Of a stretch of DNA of 64,000 bases, positions 11,870 to 23,307 are shown one piece after another (positions within the stretch are counted from its first letter, which is position 1; every line of letters starts with the position of its first letter). The position numbers and the translations under genes are program-made. This DNA comes from Rhina ancylostomus (lineage: Eukaryota). The notes below the pieces were generated by a model that did no database searches, had not been told where the DNA came from, and worked only from the letters and a program-made list of their open reading frames with translations. The stretch covers positions 3,742,686 through 3,806,685 of the forward strand of contig JARFYF010000071.1 in assembly GCA_030265395.1 (NCBI GenBank), read 5' to 3'.

Positions 11870-13500
11870 AAAAGCAGCACAGATTTATTGAGAGCAAATT
11901 ATATTCAGCCATCTTGATTAAGTTTTAAGATGACGTGACAGAGGGCTTAATGTGGTGAATGCAGATCATTAACATGTGGGCTTTGTGAAGTTGTAATATT
12001 TACATGATATGTATGTCAGCGAGATTGAAGCTCATGGAATAAAAACAAAAGTGGCATTATGGATGTGAAATTGGCTCAGGAAGAGGAAATACATAAATAA
12101 TGATTTTTGGGTGGGGTGGATATTCCACAGGGGCAGTATTTGACTTGATTTATATTCATGACTTGGATTTATATTAGTTTGATTTATATTAATGACAGGG
12201 CACAGTTTTCAAACTTTTTTAATGACACAAAATTCAGAGTGTTGTAAACATTGAGGGAATGATGATAGACTTCAGAAAGGCAAAGATCTGCAGGAATGTG
12301 TAGATACATGGCAGATGAAGTTCAATGCAGAGAAGTGTGAAGTGATTTATTTGGGTTGGAACAACAAGGAGAACCAAAATAATAAAAAGGGTGAAAAAAT
12401 AGCTGCTAAAAGAACTCAGCGGGTCAAGCAGCATCTGTGGAGGCAAAGGGATAGTCGACATTTTGGGTCAAGGTTCTTTATCAGGACTGAGAGTGTAAAG
12501 GGAAGATAGCTAGTATGAGGATGCAACGGGGAGCTGTGAGGCAGGAGCTGGCAAGCAATAGATAGACCCAGGTAAGGAGGGGTTGATGGGCAGATAAGAG
12601 TCAGGTGGGATGGTAGGGTGGAGACAGCAACAGGGGCCAGGAAGTGATGTGAAGACAACTAAGAGTTGCAGATTATGGAATCTGAAAAGAAAGGAATATG
12701 ATGAGTGGAACCAGATAAGGGAGGGATGGTGGGCAGATGGGAAAAATGGGAGGCGGCAGAGGAGGGGAGAGGATAGAGGTTGAGTGTGTGGATGATAGGT
12801 AGATAGAACCAGGTGGGGGAGGGGAAAGAAACTGGGTAGCACGGGCCTGGGGGAAAGGGGTGTTAGAAAGAAGGATGCATGTGGGTGGATCAGAAAAAGA
12901 GAGAAAGGAACAGAGAGGATGTGGGTTACCTGAAAGTGGAGAATTCAATGTTCATGCCATTGAGTTGTAATCTACCCAGATGGAAAATGAGGTGTCATTC
13001 GTCTAGATTGCATTTGGCCGTGGAGGAGGCTGAGGACAGACAGGTTAGTGTGGGAATGGGAGGGGAGTTAAAATGGCTTGCAACTGAAAATCTGGTTACA
13101 AAATCCAGTTTTGCTGAACCACATAAAACACTTGTTCAGCCACAACTGGAGTATTCTCTTCAATTCTGGGTATTGCATTAGGAAGGACATGAGGCCTTAG
13201 AGAGTGCAGAGAAGATGATCCCAGGATGAGTTTCTATTCTGGATACACTGGAGAATCTGGGGATATTCAACTTGGAATAGAAATATTGAGAGGAGATTTG
13301 TTATAACTATTTCAGAATTAGGAAATGTCTAGACACAATGAATAAACTGTTTCCATGGGAAAAGGGTCAAGAACTAGGTAGCATAGGCTGAAGGTGTTTG
13401 GTCAAAGAGCTAAAGATGACATGAGGGAAAGCTTTTTCACACAGCGAGCAGTTATGATTTGGGAATGGAGTGCTGGAAGGATAATGGAAGTCTGGATTTG
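11870..13500 (+). mobile_element. CR1 LINE ORF2 fragment and 3' UTR, interrupted by Penelope
   Basis: WQMKFNAEKCEVIYLGWNN (12309-12365) and KTLVQPQLEYSLQFWVLH (~13125-13178) are CR1 RT C-terminal motifs either side of the 12405-13090 insertion. Confidence 0.8.
12405..13090 (-). mobile_element. Penelope-like element fragment (pLTR, purine-rich segment, GIY-YIG end)
   Basis: Begins with the shared terminal GAACTCAGCGGGTCAAGCAGCATCTGTGGAGG; long G/A-rich tract; minus strand near 12930-13080 resembles the Penelope EN C-terminus (L*LNGMNIEFSTFR); colinear with 61030-62365. Confidence 0.75.
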
Positions 13501-13880
13501 AGTGGATGTAGTGAGAGCTTTGACATTGGTGACCTGGTTACTGCTGAGCACTGTCAATGTCACCTTGCATTACTTTGCTAATGATAGAAGCTAGTGGGGT
13601 TGTAATTAGCCAGATTAGATATGTCCAGCTGTTTTGTGAACAGGATGTACCAGAGCTGCTGGAGAAATACCAATATGCTGCCACCTCTGGTAGGTTTATT
13701 CTGTTGCTGAGGCAGGATGTGTCTTGGGACTGTGTTGAAGTATGGAATATTGGTTGATGGATATGATGTCAGTTGTGGCTGTGACAAGTTTTTATGCTTG
13801 ACTGAATTGTGGGAAAGCCCTCCCAATTTAGCTGTAAGGCCCCAGAACCTAATGAGGAGAATTTTGCAGTGCCAGCTGTG
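13500..13880 (-). mobile_element. LINE fragment of the same family as 3160-5055
   Basis: GGGGTTGTAATTAGCCAGATTAGATATGTCCAGCTG matches GGGTGATAATTAGCCAGATTGAATTTGCCTG at about 4555-4585. Confidence 0.6.
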
Positions 13881-14584
13881 ATGGAAACCAGATAGCCTCT
13901 GTAATTTATATCTTAGATTGAGGTTGAATAGACTTGAAATTTGAAACAACCCGAGAAAGTGGGCAGGGAGGGGAATGGAATCAATGTAAGGGTACATAGT
14001 TTGAAGTGGGCATTGAAAATGATGCATTTGGTCTTCTCTCTGTTTAGCTGGAGGACATAGTGGTTTATTTGAGGACTGGATGGTGGATTAACAATTTGAC
14101 TGTATGGTGTCAGTGCAGGTGAGGAATGAAATGATAAAAAGGTAGTGCTGACTTCTTATAATTTCTGCAGGTAACATCACCATTGAACAGTAGGTACATA
14201 ATGAGGAGGGAGGCTGCCAAGGATTGAATCTTAGCTGCTTCAAACTGGGTAACATGGGGGCAAAAGCAAGTTATTAATGGCAATTGTTTATCTTTGATGA
14301 GGGAGAATCATGCCACTCAGATGGCCAAAGAGGAAATGACCATGCCAAAATGCTCTAGGTGACACTTCCTAATCTTAACAAAAGTGAAAGTTTAGGTATA
14401 ACAACAATAAATTGTCACTTGTGAATAATTCAGTCAGCACCAAACAGGAAATCTAAACAACTGTTTTTGACAGAGGTAGACCAACAAAGAAATTAGAAGT
14501 CTTTATTGGTAAGTTATATATTTTTTTCATTAAGCTAATCCATCAGTAAGAGACCATTGGAGAGATGATAACTCCCTGTAAAAA

Positions 14585-14930
14585 TATGTGGATGTAGCCC
14601 TCCGCCTTGCTGAATTACTCTTAACTAGTTATGGTGTTTATATGGCTGGGAAATTCCTGCTGCTGTTCTCTCTGGGTTTTGCCCACATGGGGGTGGTACA
14701 TACTGCAAGGTTACCTTATTACCAGGAAAAGGTCATTCGTTTGCTGTTGCTTTCATGTTTGCCTGCCTGTAATTATGATAAATTCCACCATCAGAAGCCA
14801 CCAGCTGAGGTCTATTAAGAATTGTTGGCTCTTGCAGTTTACAAATTGTTCCAATATTAACTTTATAGCAATCTAAATTCGTACAAATGGTGTATAGCAT
14901 TTGCAGCTTATTGGAAAATATGTGCTCCTT
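14585..14930 (+). pseudogene. Decayed family-B / adhesion-type GPCR 7TM region (TM4-TM7)
   Basis: One frame from 14629 reads LWCLYGWEIPAAVLSGFCPHGGGTYCKV...SFAVAFM (TM4 'YxxYGWGxP' plus ECL2 Cys). Frameshifted LPAC/VIMINSTI fits TM5 'FxxPxxxIxxxN'. 14846-14910 reconstructs as LFQY*/FIA/LNS/GV/IAFAAY, fitting TM7 'YLFIxLNSLQGVFI'. Multiple stops and frameshifts. Confidence 0.55.
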
Positions 14931-15074
14931 GTATTGCTGCTTCAGCTTTGCCAGCCTCCTGAACTACCCTGGATCTTCCAACTGAAAATTAATATCTCAC
15001 ACATCACTATGAGCAACCTATCAAAAAGTCATTGGAAATTAAAAACAGTAATTTAAATTACTTTTTACGTATTT

Positions 15075-16050
15075 GTTAACTGTTTTGATGATGATGTGAG
15101 GTCCATCACAGAACCAAGTCACTACATCATCAGTCATTGAACATATGCACACAGGCCAGGCGACAAGTTATGGTTGACTTGGTCCTTGCACCAAATGAAG
15201 CAAGGATCTACTATCAGCCTAAAGCCATTGCCCAAAACTACTCCCAAAAAATTTAAGGCCCACCTTTATTTGTTACTGGAAAATGTGGACCATTTTCCAT
15301 ACCTCAGGAGTTTTCTCTCAGCGAAGGGAGACAATGATGATGAACTTCACCATCAACTCCTGTGCACCACAAAGCCTTTATGTTTCTGAGGAAAAGAGTG
15401 TTCAAAGATTAAGCCCTCAGACCTTGCACAAAGCTTGTTTTCCAGGCAGTGATGATCCTTGCCCATCTGTACACTTCTGAGACAAGGACTACCTTCAGCA
15501 GGCACCTCAAAACATTAGAGGTACCATCAACATTGTCTTCACAAAATCCTCCAAGTCCAGTGGCAGGATAAGTGAATCACTGACAGTATCCTTTCCTATG
15601 CCAACTTCTCCACCATTGAGGTTCTTGTTACATTCAGCCAGACTTGTTGGGCAGACTACATCATTTGTATGGCTGACATCAAACTTTTGCAATAGGCACT
15701 GTACTCCAAGCTCCATCATGGCAAGGGATACCAGAGGACAGAGGAAGCAATTAAAGAACATTCCCAAAGCCTCCTTGAAAAACTGAAACATTCCCATCAA
15801 CCCTTGTGAATTCCTGGACTATCAAAGAGAAGGAACATTCAAGATGGGACTGAGAATCCTTAATCACTTTGTCAGGACCATGCTGAAGCACAGTGAAATT
15901 GGCAGGAGAAGCACACTGCCTCCCAAAATACCAAGCCATCTACCTGCCTGACCTATCTATTACAGAATCTGCTAATCCCACATTGGTTTCACCAGACACA
16001 GAACTAGATTGGAAGCAAATCATCCTTGACTCTTGAGGGACAGAAGAACA
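15075..16050 (+). mobile_element. RTE-clade (BovB-like) LINE 3' fragment
   Basis: LLENVDHFPYLRSFLS (ORF 15174) and RGQRKQLKNIPKASLK (ORF 15598) match RTE motifs; ends GGAAGCAAATCATCCTTGACTCTTGAGGGACAGAAGAA. Confidence 0.8.
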
Positions 16051-16241
16051 TGAAAAATATAAGAAAAACCTCCAGGAAAACATCCAACCAAAGTTGGCAA
16101 CACATCATGATTGATGCAGAAATTGTGGTTTGAACATTGTGTTCTAAACCAAGTTATGCAATACTCAAAATCTCTTGAAATTCAAACAGAAATGATTTCT
16201 TGATGAACCTGCAGTAATGGTAATACAGCCATTAATTCTGC

Positions 16242-16445
16242 AAGCAACAAGCGATCTGCTGGAGGAACTCTGGGTCGAGCAGCATCTGTTGAAGGAAAGG
16301 AATTGATGTCTCTGAGTCCTGATGCAGGGTTTCAACCTGAAATGCTGGCAATTCCTTTTCTCCAACAGATGCTGCTCAACCTGCTGAGTTCCTCCAGAAG
16401 ATTGATTGTTGCTCCAGATTCCAGCACCTGCAGTCTCTTGTGTCT
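16242..16445. mobile_element. Penelope-derived hairpin element with degenerate hammerhead core
   Basis: About 60-bp inverted arms (16243-16305 vs 16346-16413); CTGATGC-AGGGTTTCAACCT-GAAA at 16319-16342; degenerate TSD CCATTAATTCTGC (16229-16241) / CCATTGATTCTAC (16446-16458). Confidence 0.8.
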
Positions 16446-16756
16446 CCATTGATTCTACGATATGTACATTAGTATGCTGTACTTTTATCTCTATTTTAAT
16501 AGATATTTTTTATGGAACTTGAAGATGGGTGACATTGTAGACTCCGGTGAATATGCTAGAATGTTGATACAGGAGACCTGATAAATTGCAGTATTTAATT
16601 ATGAAGCAGAATAGGCAGAAGCCAGTTAAGGATTGGGGTGAGAGAACATGGGGAACAAGGACTCAACTATAAATCTAAATCCTAGCTTTACAAACTGGGG
16701 GATGAACTTCCTGTGGGGTACATGATGAAGTTAGAAGGGTAATGCAATTGTAAAGC

Positions 16757-17183
16757 TTGCAAGAGGCTGCAGAGGGTTATAGATTCAGCCAGCTCCATCA
16801 CGGACACAACTCTCCCCACCATCAAGGACATCTTCAAGAAGCAGTGCCTCAAGAAGGTGGCATCCATCATTAAGGACCCTCATCATCTGGCATATGCCCT
16901 CTTCTTGTTACTACCATCAGGGAGGAGATACAGAAGCCTGAAGACCCACACTCAACAATTTAGGGACAGCTTCTTCCCCTCCGCCATCAGATTTCTGAAT
17001 GATCGATGAACCCATAAATACTACCTCATTATTTCCATTTTTTGCATATTTTGCGTATTTATTTTTGTAATTTATAAATTTTTATGCCTTTGCACTGTAC
17101 TACTGCCACAAAACAACAAATTTCACGTCATATGTCAGTGATAATCACGTCATATGTCAGTGATAATCTGAATCTGATTCTGA
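16757..17183 (+). mobile_element. Rex1/Babar LINE 3' fragment
   Basis: KRLQRVIDSASSITDTTLPTIKDIFKKQCLKKVASIIKDPHHL..ALFLLLPSGRRYRSLKT; CTGATTCTGA tail; internal tandem duplication TCACGTCATATGTCAGTGATAAT at about 17123-17167. Confidence 0.85.
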
Positions 17184-17384
17184 AGCTAGGTAGTTTTTAT
17201 TCACTGTTTAGAACATACAGTGGGAACAGGGTGGGGAGCAGCAAAGACTAACTTCTGCAATGGGGCACAGTGAATGAAATTTAGAACTAATTAAATAAGA
17301 CAGAAAGATGTACTTGTTCAAAGAAATAAGAACTCTGCATTTTAAAAAATCATTTTTTCCTGAAAAACTATAATTTAAAAAAAT

Positions 17385-17537
17385 GGAGACTGCAAATGCT
17401 GGAACCTGGAGCAACAATCTGCTGGAGGAAACTCAGCAGATCCTGACCCAGGTCCTGATGCAGAGTTTCAGTCCGAAACTCCTTTCCTCCCATAGATGCT
17501 GCTTGATCCATTGAGTTTCCTCCGGCAGACTGTTGCT
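17385..17537. mobile_element. Penelope-derived hairpin element with degenerate hammerhead core
   Basis: AGCAACAATCTGCTGGAGGAAACTCA mirrored by TGAGTTTCCTCCGGCAGACTGTTGCT; CTGATGC...GAAAC at 17455-17479. Confidence 0.75.
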
Positions 17538-18839
17538 AATTTTTTAAAGAGTCAGTGTTTAAAATCCACATGCTTTCTCCCTCTTAGAAGGAATTAGTGA
17601 AGAACTACTCATGGAGACTCCTGGTTTTACTTTTACCCTTCTCTCTTCCTAACTCCTGGGAAGTAGCTGACCTTTGAATTGCTCTATCTCCTGAGATTGT
17701 TAACTCATCACTTGGGGAATCAAAGAGGAAACGCATGATGTGCTCTGTGAGTCATTCATACACTAGTTGTTGTGCCAGCAGCAACCACTGGGCTTCAGTT
17801 TTGATCTGCATCTCACATGAGAGATAAATGCTGGTGTGAATTCTGGCTTATACTCATGTTATTTCAGAATAATGTTACTTTCTGGTTGCATAACCTTGGA
17901 TTATGGCTGCTTCCATTTGTAATCACTGCATGTGCTTTAATGCCTATTGTTTTTCATGTCTTTCTTACTGCTTTCATATCTGGTCTTACAGTAGAAAATA
18001 ATGAGGAGGCTAAAATCTTTGTCACTTGTGCTGTAAGCAATATTTGAAAATTATTTACAAAACTAGGTCATTTCTCTTTTATCTTTCTAAATTCTGGACT
18101 ACCACCCATTTTTAAATGGTAAAAGTGACAACTGGAGTGCTGCAACTGATGTCAGGTACTTTTTAAAATAAAGTCTTATTGAAAGTTATTTTATCCCCAT
18201 GATTCTATAGATAAAACTCAAAAATGTTCTTCTTTTATCACAAAGATTTATGACTTGTGTTGTAAAGACCTTTATTGAGGATACTATAAAAAGCTTGCAA
18301 AAGCTATACTTTTGTACGTAAGTTCTGAAAGATTAATCCCATCTAAACTGAGTCAGTTTGCTCCTTTAAATAAAAAGAATCAGTAAGACGTTGGCCTTTC
18401 ATTATTAATAACTAAGTTCTTTGTATGTTCTCAATATAGTGTTGAGAGCAGAAGCCTAGCAAGGACAATGTAGTAATTTTCTAAAAACTGAAATACTGAG
18501 TAGATAGTTAGCTATCAGACACTATATTAGAATATTCAAAAACTAAGGTTATTGCTGAAGGGATAAGCAAAGTAATGGTAGTATTGTTTTTATTAAAATC
18601 TATTATAAACTTGTGAAAAGCAAATCACATAGAAATGCACTCATTGCAAAGCTATAGCAATTGGCAGCAAGGACAATAAAAGTTAAATAGAACTAAACTA
18701 TGTTAAGCAATAAACAGTTCATAATAAATTTATTCTGGTTGTTAAGTTATAAATTACAATTAAATAGCACTTCCAAAGTAATTTTAAAATCAAGTAAAAA
18801 TCTTTTTCCTTGATTTTTTTTCCTTTTTTCCAACAATTG

Positions 18840-19145
18840 TCAGGCAGGCAGGCAGAGCAGGAAACCCCGGAGGCTGTTCCCCTCAGAAACAGGTTTTCCA
18901 CCTTGGAGGCTGTTGAGGGGGATGACCTGCAGGGGCCTANNNNNNNNNNNNNNNNNNNNNNNNNNNNNNNNNNNNNNNNNNNNNNNNNNNNNNNNNNNNN
19001 NNNNNNNNNNNNNNNNNNNNNNNNNNNNNNNNNNNNNNNTGCAGGAGGAAAGGGTTAGATAGTGTGAGGTGTGGTTTGATGGGTGGCACAACATGGTGGG
19101 CTGAAGGGCCTGTATTTGTGCCGTATTGTTCTATGATTCTATGGT
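18840..19145 (+). mobile_element. Young, long CR1 collapsed across an assembly gap (ORF1 piece, gap, 3' tail)
   Basis: GRQAEQETPEAVPLRNRFSTLEAVEGDDL resembles the CR1 ORF1 'VPLxNRF/YxxL' motif; after the 100-N gap comes a CR1 tail nearly identical to 41510-41617. Confidence 0.7.
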
Positions 19146-19884
19146 TTTGCTCAACTCATGCTTGGTGACACTTATCGTAGCAACTTTCAGCCAGACTGGA
19201 TATGACATGTTTTTGACTTGCCTTTGAAATTTACGTTTTCATAAAAAAATCACTGTTAAACCTATTTGCAAATATTGCTGATCCAAGGACAGAATTCCAA
19301 AGTGCACTTCTAATTCACCTTCTGTGCTAAGTAAATTATTGTAATTATAGCTAGAATTTCACAGCAGCTACTTTATTGTCAGGATTCAACCGGAATTGTT
19401 TAGTTGTTCAAATTCCTGAAACTAAGATATGACAAATTAGCTGAGAATTATTGAGTGAAGAAGAGTAACCTAGACCAATTGTGCTAATTGGTTTTGCTCA
19501 GGTAGGCAGCTCAGAGGAAACCAGCTAACAATAGCACTATTGCGCTGGATAAATACAGACTAAATACGTTTGCTCTGTGCTAGCAATAGTTTCTGTTAGC
19601 ATTAACACCTGAATATCCTTACTGTTCATTGTTATTCATGGTTAAGGAAGCAATTGAATGCTGTGCAAATGCTCCCACTTAGGTTGGAGAGTTGATTTCA
19701 CAGCACTTAGATCAACGTCAAAGCTGCACCAGCGAGCTCAGAAGTGCTTAGATGAGCAGTTTTGATGAATTGAACTTTTTAGCAAGCCTGTTCCAGTTAA
19801 GGCAGTTTTTGGGGCAAGACTCATGATTGGGGAATGAATTCTTTTCTGATTGTTCTGCCTTAGAAGGTAGTAATATTTAATACA

Positions 19885-20135
19885 ATAGAATTATAGAAAA
19901 TTTGCAACATAGAAGGAGGCCATTTGACTCATCATGTCTTTGTCAGTTGACAAAAAGCTATCCAGCTGAATTCTACCTTCCAGTGATTGGCCCTTAGGCC
20001 AGCAGGTCATGGCTCTTCACTATACTTTCACGCCATTGCTTATCTACCACCCCTTTCACCCTTGGGGTGAAAAATCTTTTCCTTATAATCCCTTTAATCC
20101 TTCCAATAATTACTCTAAATTTATGTCCTCTGTCT
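19885..20135 (-). mobile_element. CR1 LINE 3' fragment
   Basis: ATAGAATTATAGAAAATTTGCAACATAGAAGGAGGCCATTTGACTCATC (antisense tail) and CACCCTTGGGGTGAAAAATCTTTTCCTTAT (antisense 'MRKxFFTxRVV'). Confidence 0.65.
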
Positions 20136-21309
20136 TTTAACATTTTAATCTTTTAAATGATCACGTTGGTAAAACTAATAAACCTGTAACAATCAAGTCT
20201 GATCTTGAAGTTGCAAAAAAGTTAACATGAATTTAGCTGGAAAAGATTGTGGAAAATCAGTGTGTTTCTAATTATTTGATAGTGAGGGCATCTCAGATGA
20301 ATGGAATCCTGTCTTTGAGTGATGTCTGTGAAAGATGATACTTTCATCGTATTTTGTGGACGAGGTCAGCTAATATCTTGGGGAGGATGAACACAACGAT
20401 GAAATGAACTGTATATCTTTCTTCTCTGGATAGTTCAGTGCCAAATTAAGTGTCATGCAGTGAGAGTGCTATGGTTAATATTTTTGCTTACACAAAACAT
20501 CACATTTCGACAAAAGGGGCAAGAAGCAGTGACCCACCCTACAATTTACCCTTCCCTGTGATATTCCTTCTTTATTTGTGCTGACCTCTACCTACAGCTT
20601 TTTTCAAAATCAGTGATACTTTTTAGGGAATTGTTACCTGCAAGGCAAGTTTCTCCTACTCAGGGGTACATCAAGCTGTTCTATTAATAGACAAGACTTT
20701 GAAAACATGATACTATCAGATATAAATAGGAATGTTGTTATTCATGACTATCAAGGAGCAGAAGTGCTCAGAGACTCACTCACTGTGGAATTTAGATTTC
20801 TGCACAGAAAACCACAAGGGAAGGAGAATGCTAGAGGGATCTCATCCAGTTGCTGGATGTACAAATGCTGAAATTGAAGACTGCAGAAGTGCAGGTGGGG
20901 TGATTGGTAGTTCACTTATTGAACTTGGGTTTAGAATCCTTATTGCCCCCTCCATTTCACCTTGTATGAGTCTTCCAGGGCACCTCCGGATTTGAGGGAC
21001 ACCTTTACAAATGCTTAAATATAGCTATCTGAAAATAAAACAAGTAATTTTGATATGAACCTGTGAGCCTTTATGTAGAACTAGGATTTCTTTTCCTGCT
21101 TATTTTTTAAGTCATAAAATTTACCCGTTTATTAACTCATTCATAATGGCAATCCAGCTGTGGTAATTAATAGGATTCCCATTATGAAATTGATCTAAGG
21201 AAAAGTTTGTTTTTAAAAAAACAATTCTCTCTTATCAGCAATAGTTATCAATATTAAAGATAAACCATGATTATCAATCTCCCAAAAAAATATTTGTTAT
21301 ATGTTGGAA

Positions 21310-22232
21310 GCTGTTGCTTCTTCCTAGGGATCCCTTGGAATGAAGGATGACTCTGGGTGTGTGGGTTCTGAGGTGACTGATAATGCAGGAACACGAGACT
21401 CTGGCGCAGAAGGTGCTGTATGGGGCAGGTGTGTGAGTAGTTTGTGAGGTAGCACGCTTCTTTTGTCATTTACATAGGGCTTCTTCTGTTCCCAATACAA
21501 GGTCTCAAAATTCCCAATGTCATCCCAAATGGTCCTTCTCCACTTTGAGCTGTGATGGGCTAGGGATTCCTAGGATTCAGAGGGATATTCCATATTTTCA
21601 AGAAGATCTTTGAACACATCATTGAATCAGTGCTCCATCTGCCTGGTAATCTCTTTCCCTGACAGATAATCTATTTCAAGCTGTGTTTCGGGAGTTTGGT
21701 GTCAGGCATACGAATGATGTGGCCTCCCTGATGAACTGACTGAGTGAAATTAGAACCTCAATATTGGGAATGGTGGCCTGGAAGAGGGCACTGACATTGC
21801 TTGCCCTTTCAGTGAATTTAGAGGATTTTGTTGAGTCTGGTGGTAGCTTTTCAGTGCCTTGAAATGTCTGCTGTAGGTAGTCCATGTTTTGTAAATATAT
21901 GTGGGCTTGGAAACCACACTCTATGCCATTATCACCATGCTGTGAAGCAGACAACAAGATGGGCTTTATTCTCTACAAATGGAAGGTGAAGATCCTTCAC
22001 AAATTTTCCCCTGTTGGACACCACTTCCCTCTGACAGTGAAGGTTCACAGCAAAACCCTGGAAATTGTTGACCATTTGTCATATTTTTGTAGCCAACTCT
22101 CCGCAAAAATGAAGGAATTCAGTGTTCCTTTGGTCAATAAGGAAAGGGCTGTTTGAAGATGAAGACTTCATACCCTGCACATAACTTGCAGGCAGCAGCA
22201 TTCACTGTCCTCCCTTATGTGTAGGAAGCAAT
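21310..22232 (-). mobile_element. RTE-clade LINE with inverted 5' segment
   Basis: Minus strand 21905->21310 reads KTWTTYSRHFKAL...NVSALFQATIPNIEVLI through to the RTE tail. 21930-22232 is the preceding part of the same ORF on the plus strand (KTLEIVDHLSYFCSQLS...AAAFTVLPYV). Confidence 0.75.
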
Positions 22233-23307
22233 TGTACAGTAGATAACTGATCTTCAATTAATCACTCATTTTGTTTTGGAATACTGGTATGCAGATAATG
22301 GCTGATGCATTTGCCAATAAAATTTCAGCCATTTTTGTTGCACATGAAGTTTATTAAATTCTGAGAAGATGCCTTCTTGTTCATAATATCAGTGAAACAT
22401 TGAAAAAAAATACAATGTGCACAAAATTTGACAATAAAGCTGATTTTTGTTTTGACCACTTCAACTGTATTATTGTCTAGTAACCAGAATTAAATTAAAA
22501 TCAAAAAAGAACTGCACCCTTTGTAAATATTGGTGTAATTTAAAAATACCAATCATTTTGTTTGTAAATAACTTTGGTATTATTATCACCACTACAATCC
22601 ACAAAAATATGACAAAATAATGTTTTATTTTTGTAGTTCTGGTACGTGCTGCTTAATCTGCAGTCAGATTTCAGATATTCAAGCTTTGAACAGTCAGCTA
22701 AGTTCCTCCCTTAGGGCTTTGTAAAGTGATTTCAAGTGCCATGTTCAATGAAGCTTTTGCACTGAATGTGTAGCAGGGTTTTTGTCCAAAATTCTGTCAT
22801 GTTCTGTTTTAAAGAGACAATAATGTATAGTGCAGAATGATAACAAAGCAGTAATCTGACTGAATCTGATCACCTGAACACCTGATGAGATTACAGCTTT
22901 GAAATCACTCCAGGGTGTCTTTAAAAAGAATATCTCCTCTATATTTCATGAGATAAATGTGTTCTGTTTAATTTTTTTTTGTCTTTCCTCCTTGCAGTTT
23001 TCAGTGTGGCTACTGATGATATTAACATGAAAGGACACAATAATTGTGATGAATGCTCTGCAAATTTATCGATAAAATAATATTCATTTGATATACTGAA
23101 CAGTAATGTGATCAATGTTTGTGAAACTATCGGAAAAATGATCAGATAATGTTATTTTTAACAATATTGAAGTACTTGGAGATCACCATTTACTAAAAAT
23201 ATATAGTGGGACTCCACAACAATAAAAAAAGGTAAGTTTTTCAAGATCTAAAGAAAGGAAAAGGAAATGAATCCATTATGTGCTTCTCTGACTCACATTT
23301 GCACACA

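Noticed and set aside
12490-12930. G-rich purine tract (possible G-quadruplex; Pro-rich antisense ORFs)
   Set aside because: Normal internal segment of the Penelope element.
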